Of a DNA stretch of 64,000 nt, positions 51,730 to 64,000 are shown piece after piece. Each line of letters begins with the position of its first letter. Position 1 is the stretch's first letter. The notes under the pieces are model-generated. The model did no database searches, was not told the origin of the DNA, and saw only the letters and a program-made list of their open reading frames with translations. The stretch comes from the human T2T-CHM13v2.0 reference genome, Homo sapiens. Position numbers and translations under genes: made by a program. Location: the NCBI RefSeq assembly GCF_009914755.1, contig NC_060940.1; one strand, written 5' to 3'.

Positions 51730-52029
51730 GAAAGAAAGAAAGAAAAAGAAAAGAAGCGAGAGAAGGAAGGAAGGAAGGGAGGAAGGAAGGAAGGAAAAAG
51801 AGAAGGAAGGAAGGAAAAGAAAGAAGGAAAGAAAGAAAAAGGAAAGAAAGAAAGAAAGAAAGAAAAAAGAAAGAAAGAAAAGAAAGAAGAAAGAAAGAAA
51901 AAGAAAGAAGAAAGAAGGAAGGAAGGAGAGAGAGAGAAAGAAAGAGAAAGAAAGAAGAAGGAAGGAAGGAGAGAGAGAGAGAGAAAGAGAAAGAAGGAAA
52001 GAAAAGAAAGAAAGAAAGAAAGAAGAAAG
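51730..52029. repeat. ~300-bp GAAA/GGAA/GA polypurine tract
   Basis: Essentially only A and G on the + strand (one C at 51757). Confidence 0.95.
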
Positions 52030-52082
52030 CAAGCTAGCTCACTCAGTGGTGTATATATATATTATGATGTGTAGCTATCTCT

Positions 52083-52408
52083 CAGGGTTTGACAAACTAC
52101 AACTAGGCCAAATTCAGCCCATTGCCTGCTTCTGGACAGCCCATAGCTAAAAATATTTTGTACATTTTAAAATGGTTGAAAAATTAAGTAATATCCAATA
52201 ATATTTCATGACAAATAAAAAAGATATAAAATTCAAATTCCAGGATCCATAATCCTAAATGTTGTCAATAAAAAATTTATAGAAACTTGTTTTATTTCTT
52301 GTCATTTATATTTCTATATAATATCCTCAATTTTGCTGCTTGGCCTGCAAAGCCTGAAATATTTACTATCTTGCCTTTTCCAGAAAAAGTAAAGTTTGCC
52401 AAACCCTG
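52083..52408 (+). mobile_element. MER58B-like hAT MITE
   Basis: TIRs CAGGGTTTGACAAACT...AGTTTGCCAAACCCTG and an 8-bp TSD CTATCTCT/CTATATCT. Confidence 0.85.
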
Positions 52409-53470
52409 CTATATCTCACTGTAGAGACATGTAGGAATCTATAATAACACTCTATTTCTAGAAGGATTATTTGTTTTCCCAAGAGTTTTGAATTGCTTTT
52501 CTTTTTTCTTGCACCATCTGCCTTTATCACAGACCGTTCATGTAATCAGATATTCTTTCTTTCCCAGAGAATTCTCACATAGGTCTGATTTTCCCCCTCT
52601 CATGGTGTCCAGGAAAATGTAGCCCTTGTCCAGGTGCACAGGGAACAGTAACTGCTAGGGCTGACAAAAGAAGAAATCCTTGGGAGCCAGTGTTTCTACT
52701 GACAATAAAAAGAAAGGAACACTATAGATAAGTTTGACAGTAGACTCTGTAAGACACGGTTACTCGGTGGGTGACCCACCACAGGCAGCTGGTGTTGGGA
52801 GTTTAGGTACGAATACTGGGTCATTTAGCTCCATGGATGAGGTTCAGTATGCTCATGAAACTTCATGAAAGATACATGAATGGGCACTTCTATGAAAGAA
52901 TCTCATACTCCAAAATGTTACAAATCACAAAGAGAGAGCTTAGAAGTGAAACTGAGGGTGACACTTAGGGTCATCCAAACATAGATGGTAATCAAAGGTA
53001 TGACTGTACACAAGAAATGCCAGAAAAACACAAGGAAGAAAAAGAGGGAAAACGATACCCTAAGTAGCACTAACATTGATGGACAAAGAACAGAGGAGCC
53101 AGTGAGACTCTGGGAAAGCAGAGATAAAGGAGGAGAAGGAGAATTCAGGATTTGACTAGCGTTTTGTGGGTCTGCTGAAGCTTTTTCTAAAATGGTGCAG
53201 ATGAATGACAATGTCTACTACTAGAAGCCCTCCAGCCTAAGAGAGCTCTCTGCAAGGCAGGAACCCCACCTGTGGCCTGCCTCCTGGATTTGCATGAGGT
53301 GGCTCACTTCCAGGGCAAGTCTGCCCTTCTTCCTGGGATCAGTCAGCAGGTGAAATTGTGTTATGGATCCTGGGAGCTGTTTCCAAGGAAGCTGGAGAGA
53401 GAGAGGATGGGCCGTGAGAACCCCAGAAACAGGTGCCAAGGAACTAGGGAAATAATTATTTTTAATTTCT

Positions 53471-53766
53471 TTTTTTTTTTTTTTTGAGATGGAGTCTCGC
53501 TCTATCGCCCAGGCTGGAGTGCGGTGGCACGATCTCGGCTTAGTACAACCTCTGCCTCCTGGGTTCACGCCATTCTCCTGCCTCAGCCTCCCGAGTAGCT
53601 GGGACTACAGGAGCCCGCCACCACACCTGGCTAATTTTTTATATTTTTAGTAAAGACGGGGTTTCACCGTGTTAGCCAGGACAGTCTCGATCTCCTGATC
53701 TTGTGATCCACCCGCCTTGGCCTCTCAAAGTGCTGGGATTACAGGTTTGAGCCACCGCACCTGGCC
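53471..53766 (-). mobile_element. AluY
   Basis: Y-type diagnostics (cgccattctcc, ccgtgttagccagg, tcgatctcctga) and TSD TATTTTTAATTTCT at 53457-53470 and 53767-53780. Confidence 0.93.
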
Positions 53767-53799
53767 TATTTTTAATTTCTTAATTTTTACTTTCTAAAA

Positions 53800-54088
53800 T
53801 TGTTTTGAGACAGGGTCTTGCTCTATTGCCCAGGCTGAAGTTCAGTGGTGCAATCAGAGCTCACTGCGGCCTCGACCTCCTGGGCTCAAGGGATCCTCCC
53901 ACCACAGTCCCATGAGTAGCTGCGACTACAGGCACATGCCACCATGCCCGGCTATTTTTAAAATTTTTTGTAGAGATGGGGTCTTGCTATGCAGGCCAGG
54001 ATGGTCTTCAACTCATGGGCTGAAGCAATTCTCCCACCGTGGCCTCCCAAAGTTCTGTGATTACAGGTTTAAACCACCGTGCCCCACC
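53800..54088 (-). mobile_element. AluJ
   Basis: Diverged dimer directly downstream of the AluY. Confidence 0.88.
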
Positions 54089-54159
54089 TAGAAAAAAATA
54101 ATTAATAGCTAATACTTAACAAACACCTTCTATGTGCCTAGCAATGATTATTGTGGTAG

Positions 54160-54490
<331 letters not shown>

Positions 54491-55969
54491 TGAGCATTTA
54501 TTCATTTATTTAACAGACACACGCTAGATGCCAGGCACTGTTCTAAGGATGCACTTTACAATTATTATTTAACCCTCCTGATTTATTTGAGATAGATACT
54601 ACTATTACCTCCATTTTATAAAATGCACATAGTTAGTAAATGCTGGGCTGGGATTTAAACTGTACCTTCTTCTGTTTCTCATTAACTGTATTCTGGGCCC
54701 TTGGATAAAACCTTAGCATAAACAGGCTAAATTGAGCCTCATGATAGCCCTGTCTACTACTAGTTGTCTGCTCTACCAGCAAGGAGACAGAGGCTCAGAG
54801 AGGTAAAGTAGCTTGCACAAGATCACTCTGCTAGGTGGTGACAGGGCTGGGATATAAACCACAGTCTCACCCTAATCATCACACCACACTGCCTTAATTT
54901 AAGGACCTGGGCTGGTGGGTTGGGTCTCCTCCAACCTGCTCAATCCTGTGTCAAGGAGAGCTCAGCATCAGTCAGAGGCTCTGAACCATTCAACCACTGG
55001 AGATATTGTGAAAAATAATTCACCCAGTGTCTGCCAATTCTGATACCAAATCCAGAAAGCAAGGTCAAGGAAAATAAATGGTAAAGCCAATAAAATTGAG
55101 ACATCGTAGCACTAGGCTGTGAAGAAATACCACCTCTGGAGATCAAATGTAAATTTTTCTTTAAAAAAGTAACACTAATGATTTGGAAGTGAGAAGAACA
55201 GGGAGTCTGATGGGATGCAGGTGAACAAATGATTTGAGATTCTCACATCTTCTACGCTGGAGTTGGGGTGTTCGCCAATGTGGGGATGGCATCAGGTCCA
55301 TGGCTGTTCCACTTCCTGAGGAGTAAACTTGAGCATGTTATTTATTTGACTTCTTTGGGTTTTAAACTCTGCGTCAGGCACGAGTCAACCCTACCCTCAT
55401 CCTCAACTCCAGGTTTTGGGCTTGGATGACTCTGTAACATAGACGATGCGAATCTGCAGCCAGGTTCTCATGCAGCACTCAGATGGCCAAAAACGTCTTT
55501 GAAAGGCACCAGACTTGGAATAGACAAATGTACCAGCAGGCCTGGTTCTTACTGGCCTTGGGCTTGAATGGGCCAGGAATGGGCAGCTAGGCTAAGATTT
55601 GGGCAGGCAAGACCCAACACCATCTATCCACCTTTTAGCCTGCAGGTTGTAGGAAATGTTATCAAATATCTTATTGCCACCCAAAAAACTATCCGCCACA
55701 ACTCCCTGAACCACCAGCCTAGAACCACAACCTGTTGTACAGCAGATCTTCAATAAATACACCTTGAATTTTTTTCCAGAAGAAAGATAATTCAATTACC
55801 TTAAGCTTTTCCTAGTGAACTTATACTAATCCCTAACAATTACTGTTTTACTCTTAGGTGCTTACAAATTACCCTATTAATAATATCTCCTATAATTCCA
55901 GCCTCAATTGTTTACAATTCAGCAGCCTGTAGTTTGAGAGAGTCTAGCTCTCCAGTCTTGAAAATCTCA

Positions 55970-56344
<375 letters not shown>

Positions 56345-58964
56345 TTATTTGTTCATTTGTTGTTTTTTTTTTTCCATTTTATCCACGAAGATTATCCAGA
56401 GTAGTTTAACAGTCTCATTTTAAAATTCCCTCAATATCCTGGGTGCAAACTCAGGAAAAGAAAAAAGAAAATATATGTTGTATGGACATATTGTGCACAA
56501 ATCCCACAGACACTGTTTCTATTCCTTTTGGCTAAGAGTCTATATATACATTTGGTCACCTGCACATTTAGGAAGTGGAATTTCCACCACTCTGTATTGT
56601 GTACCATATGCTGTTTGACATCATGCATAGCTGCCCTGGAATACAATAATACTTACCTGTTAAATTAAACTGATCCAAAAAACCATGTTGAGGTTAACTG
56701 TTGAGGTGCCTTCCATCACCTCATTCTACTGTCACCTGTAGAAATTGGTTTTGGCAGACAGCAGTTAATAAAGATGTATATTTACAAATCATTTTGACCC
56801 TTTGCAAATTACAGGAGAGCAGAACCAATTAGCTGTTTATTAGCTTAACGTGCCCTAAAATATGTATTACCAAGTAAGTCTTGATTTTTCAAAATGTTAC
56901 TTTTCACCAAAGATGAATCTGGCAGGCAATCAAAATGCTCTGGGTGTTTGGAGAAAAATAGAAAGATCAAATCAAGAGGCAATGATGTTAATCTGAGCCA
57001 GAGGTCTGCTGCGCAGCATAATAATTGCTCTTTTCTGCTTTTTCACTCTTTGGTGAGTGATGGCTTAGCTCCTGAGCAGTTGGGAGATGGCAGGGGTTGG
57101 GTTTCAAGAGATAATAAGGTCTGGACCAAGGAAATCAGGTCTGGACCACCCCAGGATGATTTTCCAGTTAGAATCCCTGGGGCTCAGCTGCAGTGACAGC
57201 TCACTGGCTTAAGAAAGAGATAATCTTAGCATAGCACAATGGACTTCTTCCAAATTACTGTAAAGCAGAGAAGGTGTGTTGGGGTGGGTGGGGATGAAAT
57301 TGTAAATGGTGTGGTCAAGGTAGGCTTCTCTGAGAAGGTGACATTTAACCCAAAATATGAAGCAGGTGAGAGGCAAAGCCAAGTGGCTCACTGGGGGATG
57401 GGCATTCCAGGCAGATGGATCAGCAAGCGCAAAGGCTTGAAGCGGGGAATGTGCCTGGAGTGTTCAAGAAAGCCAGGGTGGCTGAAATGGGGGAGTGAGG
57501 AGGAGAGAAGCAGATCAGTTTAGGATAGTGCAGGCCGGGTCATGTAGAGCCCTGAAGGGAATTGTAAGGACTTTGACTCTTAATAAACTGGAAGCCTCTG
57601 AAGGATTTTGAGCCCAAGAATGGCTCTTGAGTTCACCATGGCTGAGTCTTCTTCTCAACTGCACTATTTGCTGTTTGACAGGAAGAGAACTCTGTCCCTT
57701 GACCTCCCTTGTTCTCTCAGACAAGTACTTTAGCTCTAGGCTTTTAACACTTTTGCCTCGCCCTTCTCTATGACTCGGTGCAGTGAAGTAGCACCTCATC
57801 AGCACTGTCTTCCTTCTTTCACTGAAGACAAGTCCGTGGTCCCTTATTATTTTTCAGTATTTCATTTCTCATTGTGGAAAAATAGGTTTTTTTAAATGAC
57901 GTTGATGTAGAAGTTTCTAGTCCTTACCAAATCTTGCAAAGCTCCTAGAATCATCATTCTTGCTGGGCAGCCCCTTCCCAACTCACAGATTCTCACCTTT
58001 CATTGGCTCAGGCTGGTATTTACTCCTGTGCAGCTTCCCCTTCTCAGCCTGGAGATCCAACAAGAGATGCAAAGTGAGTGATTTGAATTTAGGGGGACCT
58101 ACAGCCTGGGTTCCCTGCACCAAATGTACTTATTGAGCCGCTACTATGTGCTAGACCCTGTGTTGGGTCCTGAGGATTTAGCAGAAAATAAGGCAGACAT
58201 GGTTCCTGTCTTTGGTAAGCTCACAACTGTGTAGGAAAGACGCTGATAGAGTGCACCCAGGTGAGCAGGGCATGGGGCTCCTGTATGTGGCAGAGAGTAT
58301 CGGTCCTAGAACAGTCATGGCAGGGGTGTCACAGAAGTGTTCTCTTAGGGTTTGTGAGTCCCCAAGGTGCCCCTGGTTCACAGTAGGTGCTCAAAACACA
58401 TTTGCCAAACACACAAAAAGGCTTGTGCAGCATACACAGGGGAGAACTGACCTCTTCAAGTACTCGGGGCTGGAATAGAAATGAGCTCAGAGATACTTGT
58501 TTCTTATCCTTAAGCAGAGGGGAAAGAGAACATGGAAATAGCCTACCCCTAGAAATCCATGAAGACACATTGAGTGATTATACATTTTCTCTCTCTCTTT
58601 TTTTTTTAATCTTTAACTTTAAAAAAAAAGAAAGAAATCCTGGATATTTTATTGTTATTATATTCTTTCGAGTGGTATATTTTTCCTATTGTATTTTGTT
58701 AATTAAAACACTTTTTATAATATGAAAGTAATGCAAAAACATGTTCTCAATATAAATGTTTAAAACAAAGTACACAAGACAAGGTTTCCTTTGTACCCTC
58801 ACTATAGACTCATCTCCTTTCCTCAGAATGACAGCTACTTCTGGTTTGGTAAATAGCCAATAAATCTCTCTCTTTTTTTTTTCCTCTACCAAATCAAAGA
58901 GATTAGGGAGCATACATTTTTTCTTTCAGTTCAAATTCTTCATAAGTCACTCCACAACTTTTTA

Positions 58965-59264
58965 ACAATTATCTTACAATTTATTAGACATTTAATCATG
59001 CACATTATTTTATAATATTTTATTTTCATTTTTTGTCATGTAAGTTGAATTTATTCAATTTTTTCAACTTGCCATTTATTTTTCAGTTAACAAAGTGTCC
59101 TAGAGTTCTTCCTACAATTATCTCACAATTTATTAAGACATTTAATCATGCACGTTATTTTACATTATTTTGTTTTTATTTTTTGTCATGTAAATTGAAT
59201 TTATTAGATTTTTTTCAACTTGCCATTTATTTTTCATTTAATAAGGCATCCTGGAGATCTTTCT
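58965..59264 (+). repeat. Tandem duplication, 2 x ~150 bp, AT-rich
   Basis: Units begin acaattatct(t/c)acaatttatta at 58965 and 59114. Confidence 0.9.
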
Positions 59265-59334
59265 ACATCAGTAGAGAAGTCCACTTTATTCTTTTTGGTG
59301 CCTATTTAGTATTTTGAAATATTCCATTATATAA

Positions 59335-59610
59335 TTGCTTTTTTAAAATTTTATTTTAAGTTCAGGGGTACTTGTGCAGGTTTGTTATGAAGGTAAATTT
59401 GTGTCATGGGGGATGTGTTATACAGATTACTTCATCATCAGGTGTTAAGCCTAGTACCTTTTAGCTATTTTTCCTGATCTTCTCCCTTCTCCCACCCTCT
59501 ACCCTCCAGTAGGCCCCAGTGTGTGTTGTTCCCCTCTATGTGTCCATGTGTTCTCATCATTTAGCTCCCACTTATCAGTGACAACATACAGTATATGGTT
59601 TCCTGTTCCT
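59335..59610 (-). mobile_element. L1PA-type (old) 3' end fragment
   Basis: ttttattttaagttcaggggtacttgtgcaggtttgtta...tgtgtccatgtgttctcatcatttagctcccactt. Confidence 0.85.
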
Positions 59611-60454
59611 CATGCACATTATTTTAAACATTAAATCATATGGAAGGGCTTTTCATGAGAAGCATCCACGTCAGAGATACTGCTGTCTCCCCACCCTAAG
59701 TCCAATTGCTTTTTTAAACCATTTTTTATTCAGTCCTTCTGGTAGTTACATCCTTATCCCTACATAATATGTTCATCCCTCTATTTCTTGATTTATAATC
59801 TATTGACTTCCTGCCATGATAGGTGAGGATTTAGCAAACTCACTCCTCCCTCTGTATTGATTAGCTTTCTAATTTTTTAAAATAACGCACATCTTCATTT
59901 CCTCACCTTTCGTAGACTGTCTTAGCTTCCCATTTTATAGAATGAGAAAGTTCACATTCCTCACTTCCATCTACCCATGCCTGTAGCTGTATTTTTACTT
60001 TTTCATCATCAAGATTCACTCTGGTTGCATCCTATTCTGTAACTAGACCAATGTCTTCCATGCTTGGGCTACGGATCGATTCTGAAGTTTGAAAACCGAT
60101 GAACCTTATTCTGATTATGTAGATAATGTTCATTGTGAAGCTGAGTCATTTTCTGAGATTACATTTTTCTCTTTGTGGTTTCAATGTCACAATCTCTGAG
60201 TCACTCCAAGAAAAATGTCCAAATGGAGTTGCCTAATACTTAACCAGTCCATCAAAATCATGCCATATATTTATTTGCATCACACTTGGGCTTTCTGGTA
60301 CAGTTTTCATTTTTCCTGGCATTTCTGATGGACTCAAGGAGTTTTTTTAACAGATCATTTAAGAGCAAAATTGGGCTTTTTAAGCACAAGCCCTGTATAG
60401 GAGGAAACACTTTTCTGGAAAAATAACTCCTCTTCCTTTTTTCCTGCCTCCTCA

Positions 60455-60832
<378 letters not shown>

Positions 60833-61459
60833 TCATTATACCTACTCATAGGGTTGTTATGGGTACTTAATATTTGTTCAACTCTTAGAACAGTGCCTGG
60901 CACATGTAAGTACTAATTTGGTGTTGGTTATTACCATTTTCCTGGGATAAATAGATTGGACAGAATCTACTCATCTGCATTGCTCCACCAACAGCAGGGA
61001 ATCACTCAGGTCATGGTTACCACTGCTCTGTTAGTCCCCCAGAATCTTTAGGAGCCTTAGGGAAGACTGAGGCAAAGCCAGTGATGCAGTTGATGGAGCC
61101 CCTACCATGGAACAAGATTTATGGCATATGATGACAAATCTTGGGCCTGACTTCATACTGGTTAATGAAGGTAGTCAAAACCTTAAGGAATAGATGTTCT
61201 AGAATATCCCCGAGATGAGCTACATCGGGGAGCCATTAGCACTTAAGTTAACAACAGCAAGCGCCTACTGAGTGCTCACATACATCATCTCACTTTGTCC
61301 TCCCAAGAGCCTCGTGGGACGTTAGACTCGTTTTATCAATGAGTAAATGGAACTCAGAGAAGTAATTGTCCCAAATTCTCGAGACAGTAAGTGGTAGAGG
61401 TAGAATTCAAACTTAGGTATTTTAAATCGGAAAACCGCTGTCCTCAATCCTGATGTTAT

Positions 61460-62943
61460 AGCTCAACATCCTCAAAGGGTGGTCTATTAATTCCTAGGAT
61501 AAGAGGGGGACTTCCTAAGATCCTTTTAAGGGATTGGCAAGGTTGAAACTATTTCAGAATAATAATAAGATATGGCTGGGCAACGTGGTGCACATCTATA
61601 ATCCCAGCTACTCAGGAAGCTGAAGTGAGAGGATTGCTTGAGCCCAGGAGTTTGAGACCAGCCTGGGCAATACAGCAAGACTCCATCTCCAAAAAAAAAA
61701 GATATGATTTGCTTTTTTCAATGTGTTAAAATTTGCACTTATGAGGCAAAAACAATGGTAGGTAAAACTGTTGGAGCCTGACCACAAAGGAAGGCTGTGG
61801 CTCAGTACTCATTGTATTCATCACCACTCACTCGCAGGGGAAGAAAATGCTAGCCTCACTTAAAAATGTCCCTGATGAAGCCATAAAGAGGCATCAATTT
61901 TATTAAATCTCAGACCTTGAGTGCTAGATTTATACAGTCTGAGTAACCAAATGAGAACTATGCATTGAGTACCTCAGCCAGAGTATGCTAGTGGTCTCAA
62001 GCAAAGGCACTTATGCGACTGAGTTGCGAGCTGAACTAGCTGCTTTTTTCCATGAAACACCATATTTACTTGAAAGAATGACAGGTAAATTATGGTTATT
62101 CAGGCTTGGGTATTTGGCAGACATTTTCTCAAAAATGAGCTAAGTGAGCCTGTCACTTCAAAGAAAGCAACTGACAGTATTTGTTGCCAAGGATAAAAAT
62201 TCAAGGTTTCAAGTGATAATTATGATTTTGGAAAACTTGTGTCCCTGTGAGCCAATGTGATTTGTTTTTACACTGTGTAATGAAATGTGCCAAATTTAGA
62301 AGACCTGCATAACTCAGTGAAACAATACTTTCCGAATGACCAATGAATGATGTTACAAAGTTATGCCTGGCTAAAAGACCCATTCAACGTGCAGGATTAG
62401 AAAAATGGATTTTCATGTAGTAGAGCATGAAAAGTTAATATGGTTTCAGATTCCACATTGCAACTAGCCTTTAAGGAACTACCACTTGTCGAGTTTTGGT
62501 GTAGTATCAAAGAATATTCACAGTTATTTCAAAAGCTATTCAAATACTGCTTTATTTGTCAAACTTGTGTGAGGCTAGGTTTTCTTCATAAACTTCAAGT
62601 CTAACAACAGTGGGCAACAGATCAAATGCAAAAGCAGATATAAGAATCTATCTCTCTTCTCTTGAGCCAGACATTAAAGAGATTTTCAAAAGCGTAAAAA
62701 CAATTCTTCTCACTATTTTTTGTTCTGGAAAATATAGTTATTTTTATACAAATATTTATGTTAACATGCAATTGAATTTATCATTATTTTCAAATGAATT
62801 TTAAAATAACTATTTCACTATTTTAGGGGAGTTTTAATTTCTGATATAGGAAATATTAAATAGATGCAACCCACATAAACAAAAGTTCAATAATTTGCAA
62901 AAGTGTAAAGGAGTCCTAAGACCAAAAAATTTGAGAGCCTCTG
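61460..62943. mobile_element. Charlie1-like hAT DNA transposon relic with a nested FLAM at ~61575-61700
   Basis: Degenerate transposase-derived sequence (gagttgcgagctgaactagctgcttttttccatg...cttgggtatttggcagacattttctc) and terminus ...tttgagagcctctg. Confidence 0.7.
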
Positions 62944-63784
62944 CTACAGCTGTATTTTAATTCTGTTGACTAACTTCATATAGTTGAGGAGAGAAACTAA
63001 AAGAGCTATTTCCATACTTTCATCAGAAGATTTCCTTCTAGTTCTGTCTTTTCTTCTCCAGTGGGAAATGAAACAGTCCCTTGGTGGGTTCTGGTATCTT
63101 TTTGACTTCTCTTTAGTTGCAGCTAAGCTAAGTCATTGTTCCACCATCACTGGGATGGAAGAGGCAACATGAGATTTCAGCAGGCACTGAAAAAGGTGTC
63201 TTTGATTAAAATGCAACCCTGCTGATATAAAGTTGGACAGAGCCTGGAGGATTCATAGCATCTTGTGTCTTTGTTCATGAAAACTGACAAAGCTTAGCCA
63301 CCACTCCACAAAAAGTTGAGATCTGTGGTGATATTCTTCATATGTGAGATGAAGCAAAGTGCAAAAAAACTGAGATTTTTGACCAAGTTTTTGGTGGATT
63401 GGAATTTAAATGTATAAATTTTCCACCTTCTAACCTATAATTAAAGACACTGTGGGTGAGGATGGAGAATTTGGGAAATGGAAGGGTCTAGTGGGCAATC
63501 ACTGAACAAACATTTATCTTGGCCAGTGCCAGGGCTTGGTTCTTGGAAATGGAGAAATGGGCACTTGAAGGGAGGCTGGATTATGTGGCCACGAATGTTT
63601 TTGTTTGTTGTTTGGCCAACCTCACATCCATTCCTCCTTTTTCTGGTCAAAGGAGGGGTTGCCATGTCACCCTGTCCTCAGTCCATGTGGTTTGGGTGGA
63701 ACTGACTCCAGCCTAGCAGGACCAGCATATGACCTAGGAATGACCTTGAGGATTATCATTCGGCATCTGGAGTTTATACTAAGG

Positions 63785-63971
63785 CAGTAGCTCTCGACAG
63801 GAACATTTGGTAATGTCTGAGACACTTTTGGTTGGGGGATCAGGGAAGCACAACCAGATCTAGCAGGTGATATCAGGGACGCCGCTAAACCCCTTGCAAT
63901 GCGCAGGACAGCGCCTACAACACAGAATTACCCAGTCCCTAATGTCAGGAGTACCGAGGTTGAGAATCCTG
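63785..63971 (+). mobile_element. MER20-like hAT MITE
   Basis: gaacatttggtaatgtctgagacacttttggttg...ccgaggttgagaatcctg. Confidence 0.7.
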
Positions 63972-64000
63972 ATCAAAAGGTAAAGGGAGCTGAGTGCGGT

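Noticed and set aside
61460-62943. Possible domesticated hAT transposase
   Set aside because: No long ORF remains; the relic is disrupted by stops and a nested Alu monomer.

Overview
This is mammalian genomic DNA, almost certainly human: it is Alu-rich and carries primate-type LTRs. I recognise it as the PRKCB-CACNG3 interval (human 16p12), with both genes on the + strand. Bases 1-7.1 kb hold the 3' end of PRKCB. That includes the two alternative phase-0 terminal exons for the PKC-betaII V5 tail (1179-1337) and PKC-betaI V5 tail (6480-6632), the long 3'UTR and several poly(A) signals. About 7.2-42 kb is intergenic and packed with repeats: Alu, MaLR (MLT1, THE1), MER21, MER41A, L1, DNA-transposon relics and microsatellites. 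About 42.0-43.5 kb is the CpG-rich promoter, 5'UTR and coding exon 1 of CACNG3 (TARP gamma-3; 43251-43461), and the rest of the window is CACNG3 intron 1. Nearly all other ORFs in the supplied track come from repeats or are chance ORFs. I found no credible new protein-coding gene or multi-gene system. The most unusual structures read directly from the sequence are: (i) a perfect 21-bp hairpin in CACNG3 intron 1 whose loop holds a polypyrimidine-TAG|GTAAGT recursive-splice-type motif and which abuts a local 178-bp duplication; (ii) a tandemly duplicated, non-canonical REST/RE1 cassette in the CACNG3 promoter; (iii) a CACNG3 leader with three 14-codon uORFs in the main frame plus a uORF overlapping the start; (iv) betaII exon donor sites that put the stop codon near the NMD threshold; (v) several templated insertions. 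Repeat subfamily names come from recalled consensus sequences and should be confirmed with RepeatMasker/Dfam.
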